From contig DATABZ010000309.1 in assembly GCA_036259315.1 (NCBI GenBank), forward strand, positions 1 through 54,604: 54,604 bases of DNA, read 5' to 3'. The notes beneath the pieces were generated by a model that had not been told where the DNA came from, did not search any database, and saw only the letters and a list, made by a program, of their open reading frames with translations. The translations under genes were made by a program, and so were the position numbers. Source of the stretch: Gemmatimonadales bacterium. Its GTDB lineage: Bacteria > Gemmatimonadota > Gemmatimonadetes > Gemmatimonadales > GWC2-71-9. Positions 37,650 to 46,726 of this stretch are shown one piece after another (positions within the stretch are counted from its first letter, which is position 1; every line of letters begins with the position of its first letter).

Positions 37650-40600
37650 AGCTCCGGCCGGTGCTGGACGCCTTCGCGCGTACGCCCGCCACGGCCGATC
37701 TCGCCGAACGGCTGCCGGCCCGGGGCGCCACGCTCAGGCTGGGGGGACTCGCGGGCTCCAGCGGCAGCGTCCTCGCCGCGTGGATCGCGAACCACCATCC
37801 CCAGCGCCAGCTCGTGGTGGTCGCCACCACGCCCGGCGAAGCGGAGCGCTGGCTCACCGATCTCGCGCTCCTGACCGACGGCACGGTCGCGCTCTATCCC
37901 CAGCGCGAGGCGCTGGGGGAGGACGAGCCGCACTACGAGATCGCGGGCGAGCGCGCCGAGACTCTCGAGGCGCTGCTGCGGGGGCAGGTGCGCATCGTGG
38001 TGACCACCGCGCGCGCGACCGCGGAGCGCACGCTGGTGCCCGCCGCGCTCGAGCGGCTCCGGCTCCGGCTGGTTCCCGGCGACCGCCGGCCCCCGGCGCG
38101 CGTGGCCGCGGACCTGGAGGCGATGGGCTACCGCCGCGTGGGGACGGTGACCGAGGTGGCGGAGTTCAGCGTGCGGGGCGGCATCCTGGACGTCTACGGG
38201 TTCGGCATGGCGGTGCCCGCGCGGGTCGAGTGGTGGGGCGACGACGTGAGCTCCATCAGAGGATTCGACCTCACGACCCAGCGCTCGCTCCAGGAGCTGG
38301 AGGAGGTGACGGTCCTCCCGGTCAGCACCCGCTCGCTGGCCGACGGCGGGGACGGAGGCCCGCCGCCGTCACGCATGACGCTGCTGGAGCTCCTGCCGGG
38401 GGACACCTTCATCATCCAGGAGACCGCGGGCGCGGACGCCGACGAGGTGCAGCGCGCCTGGAGCGAGGCCGAGCACCACCTGGAGGTCGCGCGCCGGCTG
38501 GGGGAGGACGTGCCTCGGCGCGACGCCATCCTCGAGCAGCCCGAGGAGTGGCGCAGACGGATCGAGGCCTTCCCCCGGCTCACGCTCCGGGACGACGCCC
38601 CCGACCTCCAGTTCGGCTTCTTCCCGCCGGAGAAGGTGGACCGCGACCTGAACCGACTGCGCTCGCTCCTCGCGGGCTCCCCGCCCACGCTCATCCTCTG
38701 CGACAACGAAGGGCAGCTCGAGCGCCTGGACGAGCTGCTGGACGACGGGGGCCGCGCCGCGTCAAGAGCCACGCTCGCCATCGGAGCGCTGGACGGCGGG
38801 TTCGTAATGCCGTCGCTCCGGGTGCTCACCGACCACGAGATCTTCCGGCGGGCGCGGCGGCTCCGCCGTCCGCGGCGCTATCGGCAGGCGGCGCCCTCGC
38901 TCGCCACCGGCGCGCTCGCGGCGGGTGACTATGTGGTGCACCTGGACCACGGCATCGGGATCTACCGCGGCATCCAGACCATCATGGTGGGCGAGTCCAC
39001 CCTCGAGGTGGCCATCGTGGAGTACGAAGGTGGCGACCGGCTCAACGTGCCGCTCTACCGCCTCGATCAGCTCGAGCGCTACCGCGCCGCCGGTGAGGAC
39101 GGGGACCGACCGCCGCCCCGGATCCATCGCCTCGGCGGGACGTCGTGGCAGCGGGTGCGGGAGCGCACCCGCCAGGCGATCAAGCAGATGGCCGCCGAGC
39201 TCCTCGACCTGTACGCCCGGCGCTCGGTCAGCGCGGGCTACGCCTTCCCTCCCGACGCCAAGTGGCAGCGCGAGCTGGAGAGCAGCTTCCTCTACGAGGA
39301 CACGCCCGACCAGCGGAAGGCGACCGAAGAGGTCAAGACCGACATGGAGAAGCCGCTGCCGATGGATCGGCTGCTGGTCGGCGACGTCGGCTATGGCAAG
39401 ACCGAGATCGCGGTGCGGGCCGCGTTCAAAGCGGTGCAGGGGGGCAAGCAGGTCGCCGTCCTCGTCCCCACCACGATCCTCGCCGAGCAGCACGGCCGGA
39501 CGTTCACCGAGCGGCTGGCCGACTTTCCGGTGAAGATCGAGGTGCTCTCCCGCTTCCGCACGCCCAGGGAACAGAAGGTTGCGCTCGCGCGCCTCGCGGA
39601 CGGCACGACCGACATCGTGATCGGCACCCACCGCCTGCTCTCCAAGGACGTGATCTTCAAGGACCTCGGCCTGCTGGTGGTGGACGAGGAGCACCGCTTC
39701 GGCGTGAAGCACAAGGAGCGGCTCAAGGCGCTGCGGCTGGCGGTGGACGTGCTCACGCTCACGGCCACTCCCATTCCGCGAACGCTGCACCTCTCCCTCG
39801 CGGGCCTTCGCGACCTCACCCTCATCGAGACCGCGCCTCGCGACCGGTCGCCGATCCTGACCTTCGTGGAGCCCTGGGACGACGGCCTGCTCGAGGAGGC
39901 GTTCGCGCGGGAGATCGACCGCGGTGGCCAGGTCTTCGTGGTGCACAACCGGATCGAGACCATCGAGACCATCGCCGCGAAGGTGCGGGGGCTCGCGCCG
40001 CGGGCGCGGGTCGGCGTCGCCCATGGGCAGATGCCCGCCGAGGAGCTGGAGACAGTGATGCGGGGGTTCGTGTCGGGCGAGGTGGACATCCTCGTCTCCA
40101 CCATGATCGTGGAGTCGGGCCTCGACGTTCCCAACGCGAACACGATGGTCGTGCACGATGCGCACCGGTTCGGACTGGCCCAGCTCTACCAGCTCCGGGG
40201 GCGGGTGGGCCGGAGCCATCGGCGGGCGTACTGCTACCTCCTGGTGCCCGACGCCATCGACGCCGATGCCGAGGAGAGGCTCCGGGTGCTGGAGCACCAT
40301 ACCGACCTCGGGGCCGGATACCGGATCGCGCTCAAGGACCTGGAAATTCGCGGCGCCGGAAACCTGCTGGGCGCGGAGCAGTCGGGACATGCGCACGCGG
40401 TCGGCTTCGACCTGTACATGCGCTGGCTGGAAGAGACGGTCCGCAGTCTGCGTGGCCAGGGCGTCACGGAGCAGCCCGCCCCACCGGACGTCGTGCTCGA
40501 CCGCCCGGCACACCTTCCCGACGGCTACGTCTCTGACGACGACGTCAAGCTCGATCTCTACCGGCGACTGGCGCGGGCGGTTGCACCGGGCGAAATTGAT

Positions 40601-40915
40601 GGTCTGCGAGATGAACTGCGCGAGCGCTTCGGGCCCCTCCCGGCCGAGGCCGAGACCCTGCTTCACATGGCGCACCTGCGCGTCCTGGGCGCGGCACTCG
40701 GCCTGCAGCACGTGCTGGTCCGGGGAGACGAGGCGCGGCTCACCTTCCGCCCGGGCACTCAGCCCAGGCTCACCGGGCTCACATCGGCGCTGGACGACGT
40801 GCAGCTGGCGGCCGAGGTGCGCCGCACGGTGCCGCTCTCGCTTCGCCTCGTCCGCCTGGGTGGCGAGCCGATCGTTCCCGCGCTGGTGCGGGCGCTGCAG
40901 CGTACCGCGCACTAG
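37646..40915 (+). CDS. mfd: Transcription-repair coupling factor
   Basis: In-frame GTG at 37646 overlaps the upstream stop (GTGA), giving 1089 aa. Superfamily-2 helicase motifs GDVGYGKTE, VVDEEHRFG, TATPIPRT and QLRGRVGR, plus a TRCF C-terminal domain. Confidence 0.96.
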   Translation: MKLRPVLDAFARTPATADLAERLPARGATLRLGGLAGSSGSVLAAWIANHHPQRQLVVVATTPGEAERWLTDLALLTDGTVALYPQREALGEDEPHYEIAGERAETLEALLRGQVRIVVTTARATAERTLVPAALERLRLRLVPGDRRPPARVAADLEAMGYRRVGTVTEVAEFSVRGGILDVYGFGMAVPARVEWWGDDVSSIRGFDLTTQRSLQELEEVTVLPVSTRSLADGGDGGPPPSRMTLLELLPGDTFIIQETAGADADEVQRAWSEAEHHLEVARRLGEDVPRRDAILEQPEEWRRRIEAFPRLTLRDDAPDLQFGFFPPEKVDRDLNRLRSLLAGSPPTLILCDNEGQLERLDELLDDGGRAASRATLAIGALDGGFVMPSLRVLTDHEIFRRARRLRRPRRYRQAAPSLATGALAAGDYVVHLDHGIGIYRGIQTIMVGESTLEVAIVEYEGGDRLNVPLYRLDQLERYRAAGEDGDRPPPRIHRLGGTSWQRVRERTRQAIKQMAAELLDLYARRSVSAGYAFPPDAKWQRELESSFLYEDTPDQRKATEEVKTDMEKPLPMDRLLVGDVGYGKTEIAVRAAFKAVQGGKQVAVLVPTTILAEQHGRTFTERLADFPVKIEVLSRFRTPREQKVALARLADGTTDIVIGTHRLLSKDVIFKDLGLLVVDEEHRFGVKHKERLKALRLAVDVLTLTATPIPRTLHLSLAGLRDLTLIETAPRDRSPILTFVEPWDDGLLEEAFAREIDRGGQVFVVHNRIETIETIAAKVRGLAPRARVGVAHGQMPAEELETVMRGFVSGEVDILVSTMIVESGLDVPNANTMVVHDAHRFGLAQLYQLRGRVGRSHRRAYCYLLVPDAIDADAEERLRVLEHHTDLGAGYRIALKDLEIRGAGNLLGAEQSGHAHAVGFDLYMRWLEETVRSLRGQGVTEQPAPPDVVLDRPAHLPDGYVSDDDVKLDLYRRLARAVAPGEIDGLRDELRERFGPLPAEAETLLHMAHLRVLGAALGLQHVLVRGDEARLTFRPGTQPRLTGLTSALDDVQLAAEVRRTVPLSLRLVRLGGEPIVPALVRALQRTAH

Positions 40916-40943
40916 CAGAGCTTACGCTACTGGAGAGTAGAAC

Positions 40944-42500
40944 ATGAGTCGTTGTGCGGCATTCACTCGCCTGGCCCTCCCCGCCCTCGTGCTGAGCGGC
41001 GGCCTCACCGGGTGCGAGCAGGCGAGGAGTCTCTTCACCGCTCACGCGACGACGGCCGCCGAGGCCGCCGGGCGGGAGCTGTCGGCCGAGCGGCTGGCGC
41101 AGATCATGACGTCGGCCAAGGGACTTCGCCCCACCCGCGAGGCCGCGGAGCAGGTGGCCAACGTGTGGATCGACTACTCCCTGCTGGCGGAGGCGGTCGT
41201 ACGGGACTCGCTGCCCGTCGACTCCGCGAGCGTGGCGCAGGCGGTCTGGGCCGAGCTGGTGGAGATCCAGGGCACCCGGTGGCACGATACCCTCATGGCC
41301 CGGCGCAGCGACATGCCGCCCACCGCGGTGGACAGCCTCTACCGCAAGAGCGACCAGCGGCTCTTCCAGCACATCCTGTTCGCCGCCAGAGCGAACGCCG
41401 ACGACACCACCCGCAAGGCCAAGCGCCAGCGCGCCGAGGCGGCCCTCGCCCAGCTGCGGAAGGGCGCCCCGTTCGGTCGGCTCGCCTCGCAGCTCTCGGA
41501 AGATCCCGGCAGCAAGGTCGACAGCGGGTACCTGCCGCTGGGCCCGCGCGGCAGGTTCGTGGGGCCCTTCGACAGCGCGGCCTGGGCGCTGGATCCAGGC
41601 GAGACCAGCGGCATCGTCGAAACGCCCTATGGATACCATATCCTGCGGCGGCCCGGTCTGGACGAGGTGCGCGGGCGGCTGGGCGACTACCTCGTTCAGC
41701 AGGCCGGGGTGCGCCTGGACTCCATGTACATGGACAGTCTGGCGGCGGCGAACAAGGTGAAGGTGGTGGACGACGCGCCCGCGCTCATGCGCGCCGCGGC
41801 GAAGGAGCCCGAGGAGGCGGCCAAGTCCGCCAAGCCGCTGGTCCGGTTCACCGGTGGGGCGTTCACCACCCGCGACTTCATCCGCTGGGTGAACGCGCTG
41901 CCGCCGCAGTACTCGGCGCAGCTGCAGACCGCCGACAACGATGCCCTCAATCAGTTCGCCGCCGCGCTGGCCCAGAACACGCTCCTGCTGCGCGAGGCCG
42001 AAGCGGCCGGCATCCGGCCCACGGCGGAGGAGTGGACCGAGCTGCGGGACCAGTACGTGGCGCGGCTCGACACCCTGCGTGGGGAAATGGGGCTCGACGC
42101 GCCGGAGCTCACCGACGAGAGCGTGCCGGTGACCCAGCGGTCGGCGTTGGCGGGGGCCAAAGTCGAGGCCTATCTGGATCGCCTGGGCGACGGAAAGAGC
42201 CGCCTGCGTCCGTTGCCGTCGGCGCTCGCCACGGTGCTGCGCGCGCGCTTGCCGTCCCGGGTGGACAACGCGGGGCTCAACCGCGCGGCCCAGCTGGCCG
42301 GTGAGGAGCGGGCGTCCGATACCACCGCCCAGGCACCAGGAGCGCCCGGCGTGCTCCGCCCGGCACCCGGGCCGCCGCCGGTTCCGGGGGAGCCTGGTCA
42401 GGGTGGTGCCGGCTCGTCGCCCGGCGGCTCGGCGCCCGGCAGCGCGTCGCCCGGTGGTGCTGCCTCGGGCAACGCGGCGCCGGACAGCGCGGCGCGATGA
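40944..42500 (+). CDS. Parvulin-type peptidyl-prolyl isomerase lipoprotein (SurA/PpiD-like)
   Basis: 518 aa. Lipobox LTGC. Rotamase core GPFDSAAWALDPGETSGIVETPYGYHIL. Pro/Gly/Ala-rich tail. Confidence 0.85.
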   Translation: MSRCAAFTRLALPALVLSGGLTGCEQARSLFTAHATTAAEAAGRELSAERLAQIMTSAKGLRPTREAAEQVANVWIDYSLLAEAVVRDSLPVDSASVAQAVWAELVEIQGTRWHDTLMARRSDMPPTAVDSLYRKSDQRLFQHILFAARANADDTTRKAKRQRAEAALAQLRKGAPFGRLASQLSEDPGSKVDSGYLPLGPRGRFVGPFDSAAWALDPGETSGIVETPYGYHILRRPGLDEVRGRLGDYLVQQAGVRLDSMYMDSLAAANKVKVVDDAPALMRAAAKEPEEAAKSAKPLVRFTGGAFTTRDFIRWVNALPPQYSAQLQTADNDALNQFAAALAQNTLLLREAEAAGIRPTAEEWTELRDQYVARLDTLRGEMGLDAPELTDESVPVTQRSALAGAKVEAYLDRLGDGKSRLRPLPSALATVLRARLPSRVDNAGLNRAAQLAGEERASDTTAQAPGAPGVLRPAPGPPPVPGEPGQGGAGSSPGGSAPGSASPGGAASGNAAPDSAAR

Positions 42501-42522
42501 CAGGCAGATAGGAGGAGGATCG

Positions 42523-44172
42523 ATGCGGCTACCACGAATCGCACGGCTGTGCCTGATGCTGGCAGGTCTGGGAACACCGGCCGGCACGGCGGCGGCTCAA
42601 GCTACGACGTCGAGCGCGGATACCGCGGCGGCGGGTGCGGCCGCCAAGGACACGGTGAGGGCCGATACCGTGGCCGCAGGCACCGTCGGTGCAGACACGG
42701 TCGTGACGGCGCCCGGGAGCGGATTCAACACCCCGCGACCCGGTGCGCCCAGGCGCGGCGGGTTCAACGCACCGGAGTTCGGTGCGGGGGCCACGGTGAC
42801 CGAGCCCGGCGCGACATTCGGGACTGCGGCCGCGCCCGGTAGTGCCGCGGCACCCGAGACCGCCGCGGTCGCCGAGTCCACCGCGGCCGCCGAAACCACC
42901 GAGTCCCCCGAGACGCCGCTCCCCGCCGACTCGGTGCTCGTCGTGGACCGCGTGGTCGCCGTGGTCGGCAATCGGCCGGTGCTCGCCTCCCAGGTGGACG
43001 AGGAGCTGTTCAGCCGCCAGGCACAGGGCGTGAAGCTCCCCACCGATCCCGAGCAGCTGGAGGCGGTTCGGCGCCAGGTGGTGTCGTCCATCGTGGACGA
43101 GGAGCTGCTGGTGCAGCAGGCGGTGCGAGACACGTCCATCGAAGTCACCGACCAGGAGATCGCCGACGGGGTCGAGCAGCAGGTGCGCAAGGTCCGCAGC
43201 AACTTCAGCTCGGAGCTGGACTACACCAACGAGCTCAAGAAGGCCGGGTTCCAGACGCCCGAGGAGTACCGCCGCTGGCTCACCGACCAGCAGCGCCGGG
43301 CGGCGCTCCAGAACCGGCTGATCGATGCGCTCCGCACGGCGGGCAAGCTCAAGCCGGTGGCGCCCACGGAGCAGGAAATGCGGAAGTTCTTCGAGGAGCA
43401 GAAGGGCAACCTTGGCAGCCGGCCGGCCACGCTATCCTTCCGGCAGATCGTGATCGCGCCGAAGCCCAGTGCCGCAGCCAAGGCGCGCACCAAGGCGCGG
43501 GCGGACTCGATCGTGCTGGAGCTGCGGCGAGGGGCGGACTTCGCGACCGCGGCCCGCCGGTTCTCGCAGGACCCGGGATCGCGGGACCAGGGCGGCTCGC
43601 TCAACTGGTTCCGCCGCGGCGTGATGGTGCCGGAGTTCGAGCGGGTCGCCTTCGCGCTCAAGCCGGGCGTGGTCTCCGACCCCGTCGAGTCGCCGTACGG
43701 GTACCACATCATCCAGGTCGAGCGCACCCAGCCGGCGGAGGTGCAGGCCCGGCACATTCTCCTGATTCCCGAGATCGATTCGGCGAACGTGGACAGCGCG
43801 CGCGCCATGGCGGAGCGGATTCACCGGCTGGTCTCGAACGGCGCCTCGTTCGATTCCCTCCAGCGGCTCCACCACGACCCGTCGGGTGGGGAGCGCGAGG
43901 CGGACAACGTTCCCGCGGACAAGGTCCCCGAGACGTATGCCGCGGCCATCGCGCAGGCTGACTCCGGCACCGTCGTGCCGGTGTTCACCCTGAAGGGCAC
44001 CGGCGACCGGGAGCAGTTCGTCGTGCTCAAGGTGACCGGGCGCCGCTCGCAGGGCGACATCCGGTACGAGGACGTGAAGGACCGGATCCGCCAGCAGCTC
44101 GGCCAGGAGCTCGCCATCCGTCGCTACCTGGACCAGCTGCGGAAGACGACCTACGTGGAGATCCGCATCTGA
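42523..44172 (+). CDS. SurA-like periplasmic chaperone/PPIase with a long Ala/Thr-rich N-terminal linker
   Basis: ATG at 42523 after GGAGGAGG. Signal peptide. Parvulin core with PEFERVAFALKPGVVSDPVESPYGYHII. Lies directly upstream of pdxA, as in the surA-pdxA arrangement known in Proteobacteria. Confidence 0.88.
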   Translation: MRLPRIARLCLMLAGLGTPAGTAAAQATTSSADTAAAGAAAKDTVRADTVAAGTVGADTVVTAPGSGFNTPRPGAPRRGGFNAPEFGAGATVTEPGATFGTAAAPGSAAAPETAAVAESTAAAETTESPETPLPADSVLVVDRVVAVVGNRPVLASQVDEELFSRQAQGVKLPTDPEQLEAVRRQVVSSIVDEELLVQQAVRDTSIEVTDQEIADGVEQQVRKVRSNFSSELDYTNELKKAGFQTPEEYRRWLTDQQRRAALQNRLIDALRTAGKLKPVAPTEQEMRKFFEEQKGNLGSRPATLSFRQIVIAPKPSAAAKARTKARADSIVLELRRGADFATAARRFSQDPGSRDQGGSLNWFRRGVMVPEFERVAFALKPGVVSDPVESPYGYHIIQVERTQPAEVQARHILLIPEIDSANVDSARAMAERIHRLVSNGASFDSLQRLHHDPSGGEREADNVPADKVPETYAAAIAQADSGTVVPVFTLKGTGDREQFVVLKVTGRRSQGDIRYEDVKDRIRQQLGQELAIRRYLDQLRKTTYVEIRI

Positions 44173-44215
44173 CCGGCGGGGACGAGCGCAGGTGGCTGCC
44201 ACGGAAGGAGCGGGG

Positions 44216-45181
44216 ATGAGCGGGGCAGCGGGGTCGCTGCCCCGTCTCGCTGTCACCCTGGGCGACCCGAGGGGGATCGGACCGGAGATCACCGCGCGCG
44301 CCCTGGACTCGGCGGTCGAGGCGGAGGTGACGCTGGTGGGGGCGGAAGATCAGATCGCGGGCCTGCCCGCCGCGCGACTGGTGCCGGTCGGGGTGTGGGG
44401 GCAGGGGAGCGGTGAGGCTCCCGGCGATCGCGCCCGGGCGATCCGCGCCGGCCGGCTCACCGGCCACGCGGTGGAGACGGCCGTGCGACTCGCGTTGAGC
44501 GGGCAGGTCGATGCGATCGTCACCGCTCCCGCGCAGAAGCACGCGCTGCACCTCGCCGGCTTTCCCTACCCGGGGCACACCGAGTGGCTCGCGCATCTCG
44601 CGGGAGACGTGGACGTCGCGATGATGCTCGCGGCCGACGAGCTCCGCGTGGTGCTGGTGACGACCCACGTGCCGTTCCGGGACGTGCCGGCGCTCCTCAC
44701 GCAGGACCGCGTAGTGCGGACCGGCCGCATCACGGAGCGCGGGCTCCGGGAGTGGTGGGGCATGGAGCGGCCCCGCCTCGCCCTCTGCGCCGTGAATCCG
44801 CACGCGGGTGAGTCGGGACTGTTCGGCGACGAGGAGGACCGGGTGCTGGGGCCGGCCGCGGAAGCGTTGGGCGCGGCGGGTCCGCTTCCGGCGGACACCG
44901 TGTTCGTCCGCGCGATGCGGGGCGAGTTCGATGCGGTGCTGGCCCCGTACCACGACGTCGGGATGACCGCGATCAAGGTCGCGGCGTTCGGCCGCGCGGT
45001 GAACGTGACGCTGGGACTGCCGTTTCCCCGCACCTCGCCGGACCACGGCACCGCGTTCGACATCGCGGGGAGCGGCCAGGCGGATGCCTCGAGCATGCGG
45101 CAGGCAATCGAGCTGGCGGTGAGGCTGGCGAACGCCCGTCCGCCTAGCTCCCGCTGCTCTCCAGCCGCTCCATCAGCCTGA
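44216..45181 (+). CDS. pdxA: 4-hydroxythreonine-4-phosphate dehydrogenase
   Basis: ATG at 44216 after GGAAGGAG. Motifs GDPRGIGPEI, GHTEWLA, NPHAGE, YHDVG and SPDHGTAFDIAG. Confidence 0.92.
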   Translation: MSGAAGSLPRLAVTLGDPRGIGPEITARALDSAVEAEVTLVGAEDQIAGLPAARLVPVGVWGQGSGEAPGDRARAIRAGRLTGHAVETAVRLALSGQVDAIVTAPAQKHALHLAGFPYPGHTEWLAHLAGDVDVAMMLAADELRVVLVTTHVPFRDVPALLTQDRVVRTGRITERGLREWWGMERPRLALCAVNPHAGESGLFGDEEDRVLGPAAEALGAAGPLPADTVFVRAMRGEFDAVLAPYHDVGMTAIKVAAFGRAVNVTLGLPFPRTSPDHGTAFDIAGSGQADASSMRQAIELAVRLANARPPSSRCSPAAPSA

Positions 45182-45773
45182 GATACGCCTCCAGCTTCAG
45201 CTTCTGGCTCGCCCGGTTCGCCACCAGCACCGCCCCGCACTCCAGGATCGTCTCCCGCTCCACCAGACCGTTGGCCCGTAGGGTCCTGCCGGTATCGACC
45301 AGATCCACGATCCAGTGCGAGAGGTGCAGCAGCGGTGCCACCTCGACCGAGCCGTTCACCTGGATGATGTCCACCGGGCGTCCCGCCGCGGCGAAGTGGG
45401 CCTGGGCCAACCGGGGGTACTTGGTGGCCACCCGGGCCGTGATCCCGCCCTCCAGGCGCGGGTACGGCGCCGGTCCCGGCGAGGCGACCACCAGTCGGCA
45501 GTAGCCGAAGCCCAGCTCCAGGGGCTCGAGCACGTCGGCCCCGGTTTCCCGGAGGACGTCGGTGCCGGTGACGCCGAGGTCGGCGGCACCGGATTCGACG
45601 TAGACCGGGACGTCGCCGGGCTTCACCACCAGGAACTCGATCGCGGGATCGCTGGACGGGATGAGGAGGCGGCGGCCCGCGTCGTTCGCCGGCTCGATCC
45701 CGACCGCCCGGAAGCGCTCCACCGAAGGCTCGTACAATCTCCCCTTGGGGAGCGCCACCCGGAGCCGGCTCAC
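45144..45773 (-). CDS. hisG: ATP phosphoribosyltransferase, short form
   Basis: 209 aa with a GTG start overlapping the hisZ stop. Motifs LPKGRL, DVPVYVE and DLVDTGRTLRANGL. A short HisG is the form expected to pair with HisZ. Confidence 0.93.
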   Translation of the reverse strand: MSRLRVALPKGRLYEPSVERFRAVGIEPANDAGRRLLIPSSDPAIEFLVVKPGDVPVYVESGAADLGVTGTDVLRETGADVLEPLELGFGYCRLVVASPGPAPYPRLEGGITARVATKYPRLAQAHFAAAGRPVDIIQVNGSVEVAPLLHLSHWIVDLVDTGRTLRANGLVERETILECGAVLVANRASQKLKLEAYLRLMERLESSGS

Positions 45774-46726
45774 AGCGGCACTTCGGCGATGGCGTCGAGG
45801 TCGAGCGACACGCCCACGGCGGGCATCGGCCGTCCGAACCGGCCCATCAGCTCGTCGTAACGCCCGCCGGCCCCGGCCGCCCGCCCGGCCCCCGAGACGT
45901 ACACCTCGAAGTGCACGCCCGTGTAATAGTCGAGCCCGCGCACCTCACCCAGGTCGTAGACCACGTGGCCCCGCTCCGCTTCGGCCAGCGCGTCGTCGAG
46001 TGCCAGCAGGTGCCTGAGGCCGGCCACCGCCGAGGCGGGTGCGGCCGGCAGCGCGGTCTCGAGCGCCTCGCGCCGGCCGATGACGAAGGGAAGACGCAGG
46101 AGGGTCGCCGCGTCGCCCTCGCGACCGGCGAGCGCGCGGGTGAGCCCGCCGCGATCCTTCCGGTCGATCCAGCGTCGCACCTGCGCCCGCAGCGGCTCCT
46201 CCAATGCGGCGAGCCCCGGCGCGAGAACGCCGGCATGGCCGAGATTCACCTGAAAGTCCCCGAGACCCGCGGCCCGAATGAGGGCGATGGTGAGGCGGAC
46301 GATCTCGACGTCGGCCTCCAGGGACCTGTCTCCCAGAAGCTCCGCGCCGACCTGGAGCGTCTCGCGCGGCCGACCGCCGCGCTCCGGCTCCTGGCGGTAC
46401 ACTCGCCCCGAGTAGCTCAGCCTGAGGGGCGGCGCGGCGCCGGCGAACGTGGTGGAGGCTATCCGCGCGATGCTGGAGGTGAAATCGTAGCGGAGCGCCA
46501 GGATGCGGCCGTCCCGGTCGGGAAAGCGCAGCAGCCGCTCGGCCACGCCGGTGCCGCCGGCACGCAGGAACACATCCTCGTACTCGAACGTGGGTGGCAG
46601 CAGCTCCTCGTACCCCGCACGCTCGAGCACTCCGACCGCCGCTCGCTGCAGCGCACGGCGGCGCCGGGCGGCGTCTCCGGTGAGGTCGAGCGCTCCCGGA
46701 GGCGTGGCTGCCGGAACGTTCAGCAT
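45770..46726 (-). CDS. hisZ: ATP phosphoribosyltransferase regulatory subunit (HisRS paralogue)
   Basis: 318 aa with a class-II aaRS-like core (LRYDFTSSIAR, GGRYDELM). Immediately upstream of short-form hisG. Confidence 0.85.
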   Translation of the reverse strand: MLNVPAATPPGALDLTGDAARRRRALQRAAVGVLERAGYEELLPPTFEYEDVFLRAGGTGVAERLLRFPDRDGRILALRYDFTSSIARIASTTFAGAAPPLRLSYSGRVYRQEPERGGRPRETLQVGAELLGDRSLEADVEIVRLTIALIRAAGLGDFQVNLGHAGVLAPGLAALEEPLRAQVRRWIDRKDRGGLTRALAGREGDAATLLRLPFVIGRREALETALPAAPASAVAGLRHLLALDDALAEAERGHVVYDLGEVRGLDYYTGVHFEVYVSGAGRAAGAGGRYDELMGRFGRPMPAVGVSLDLDAIAEVPL

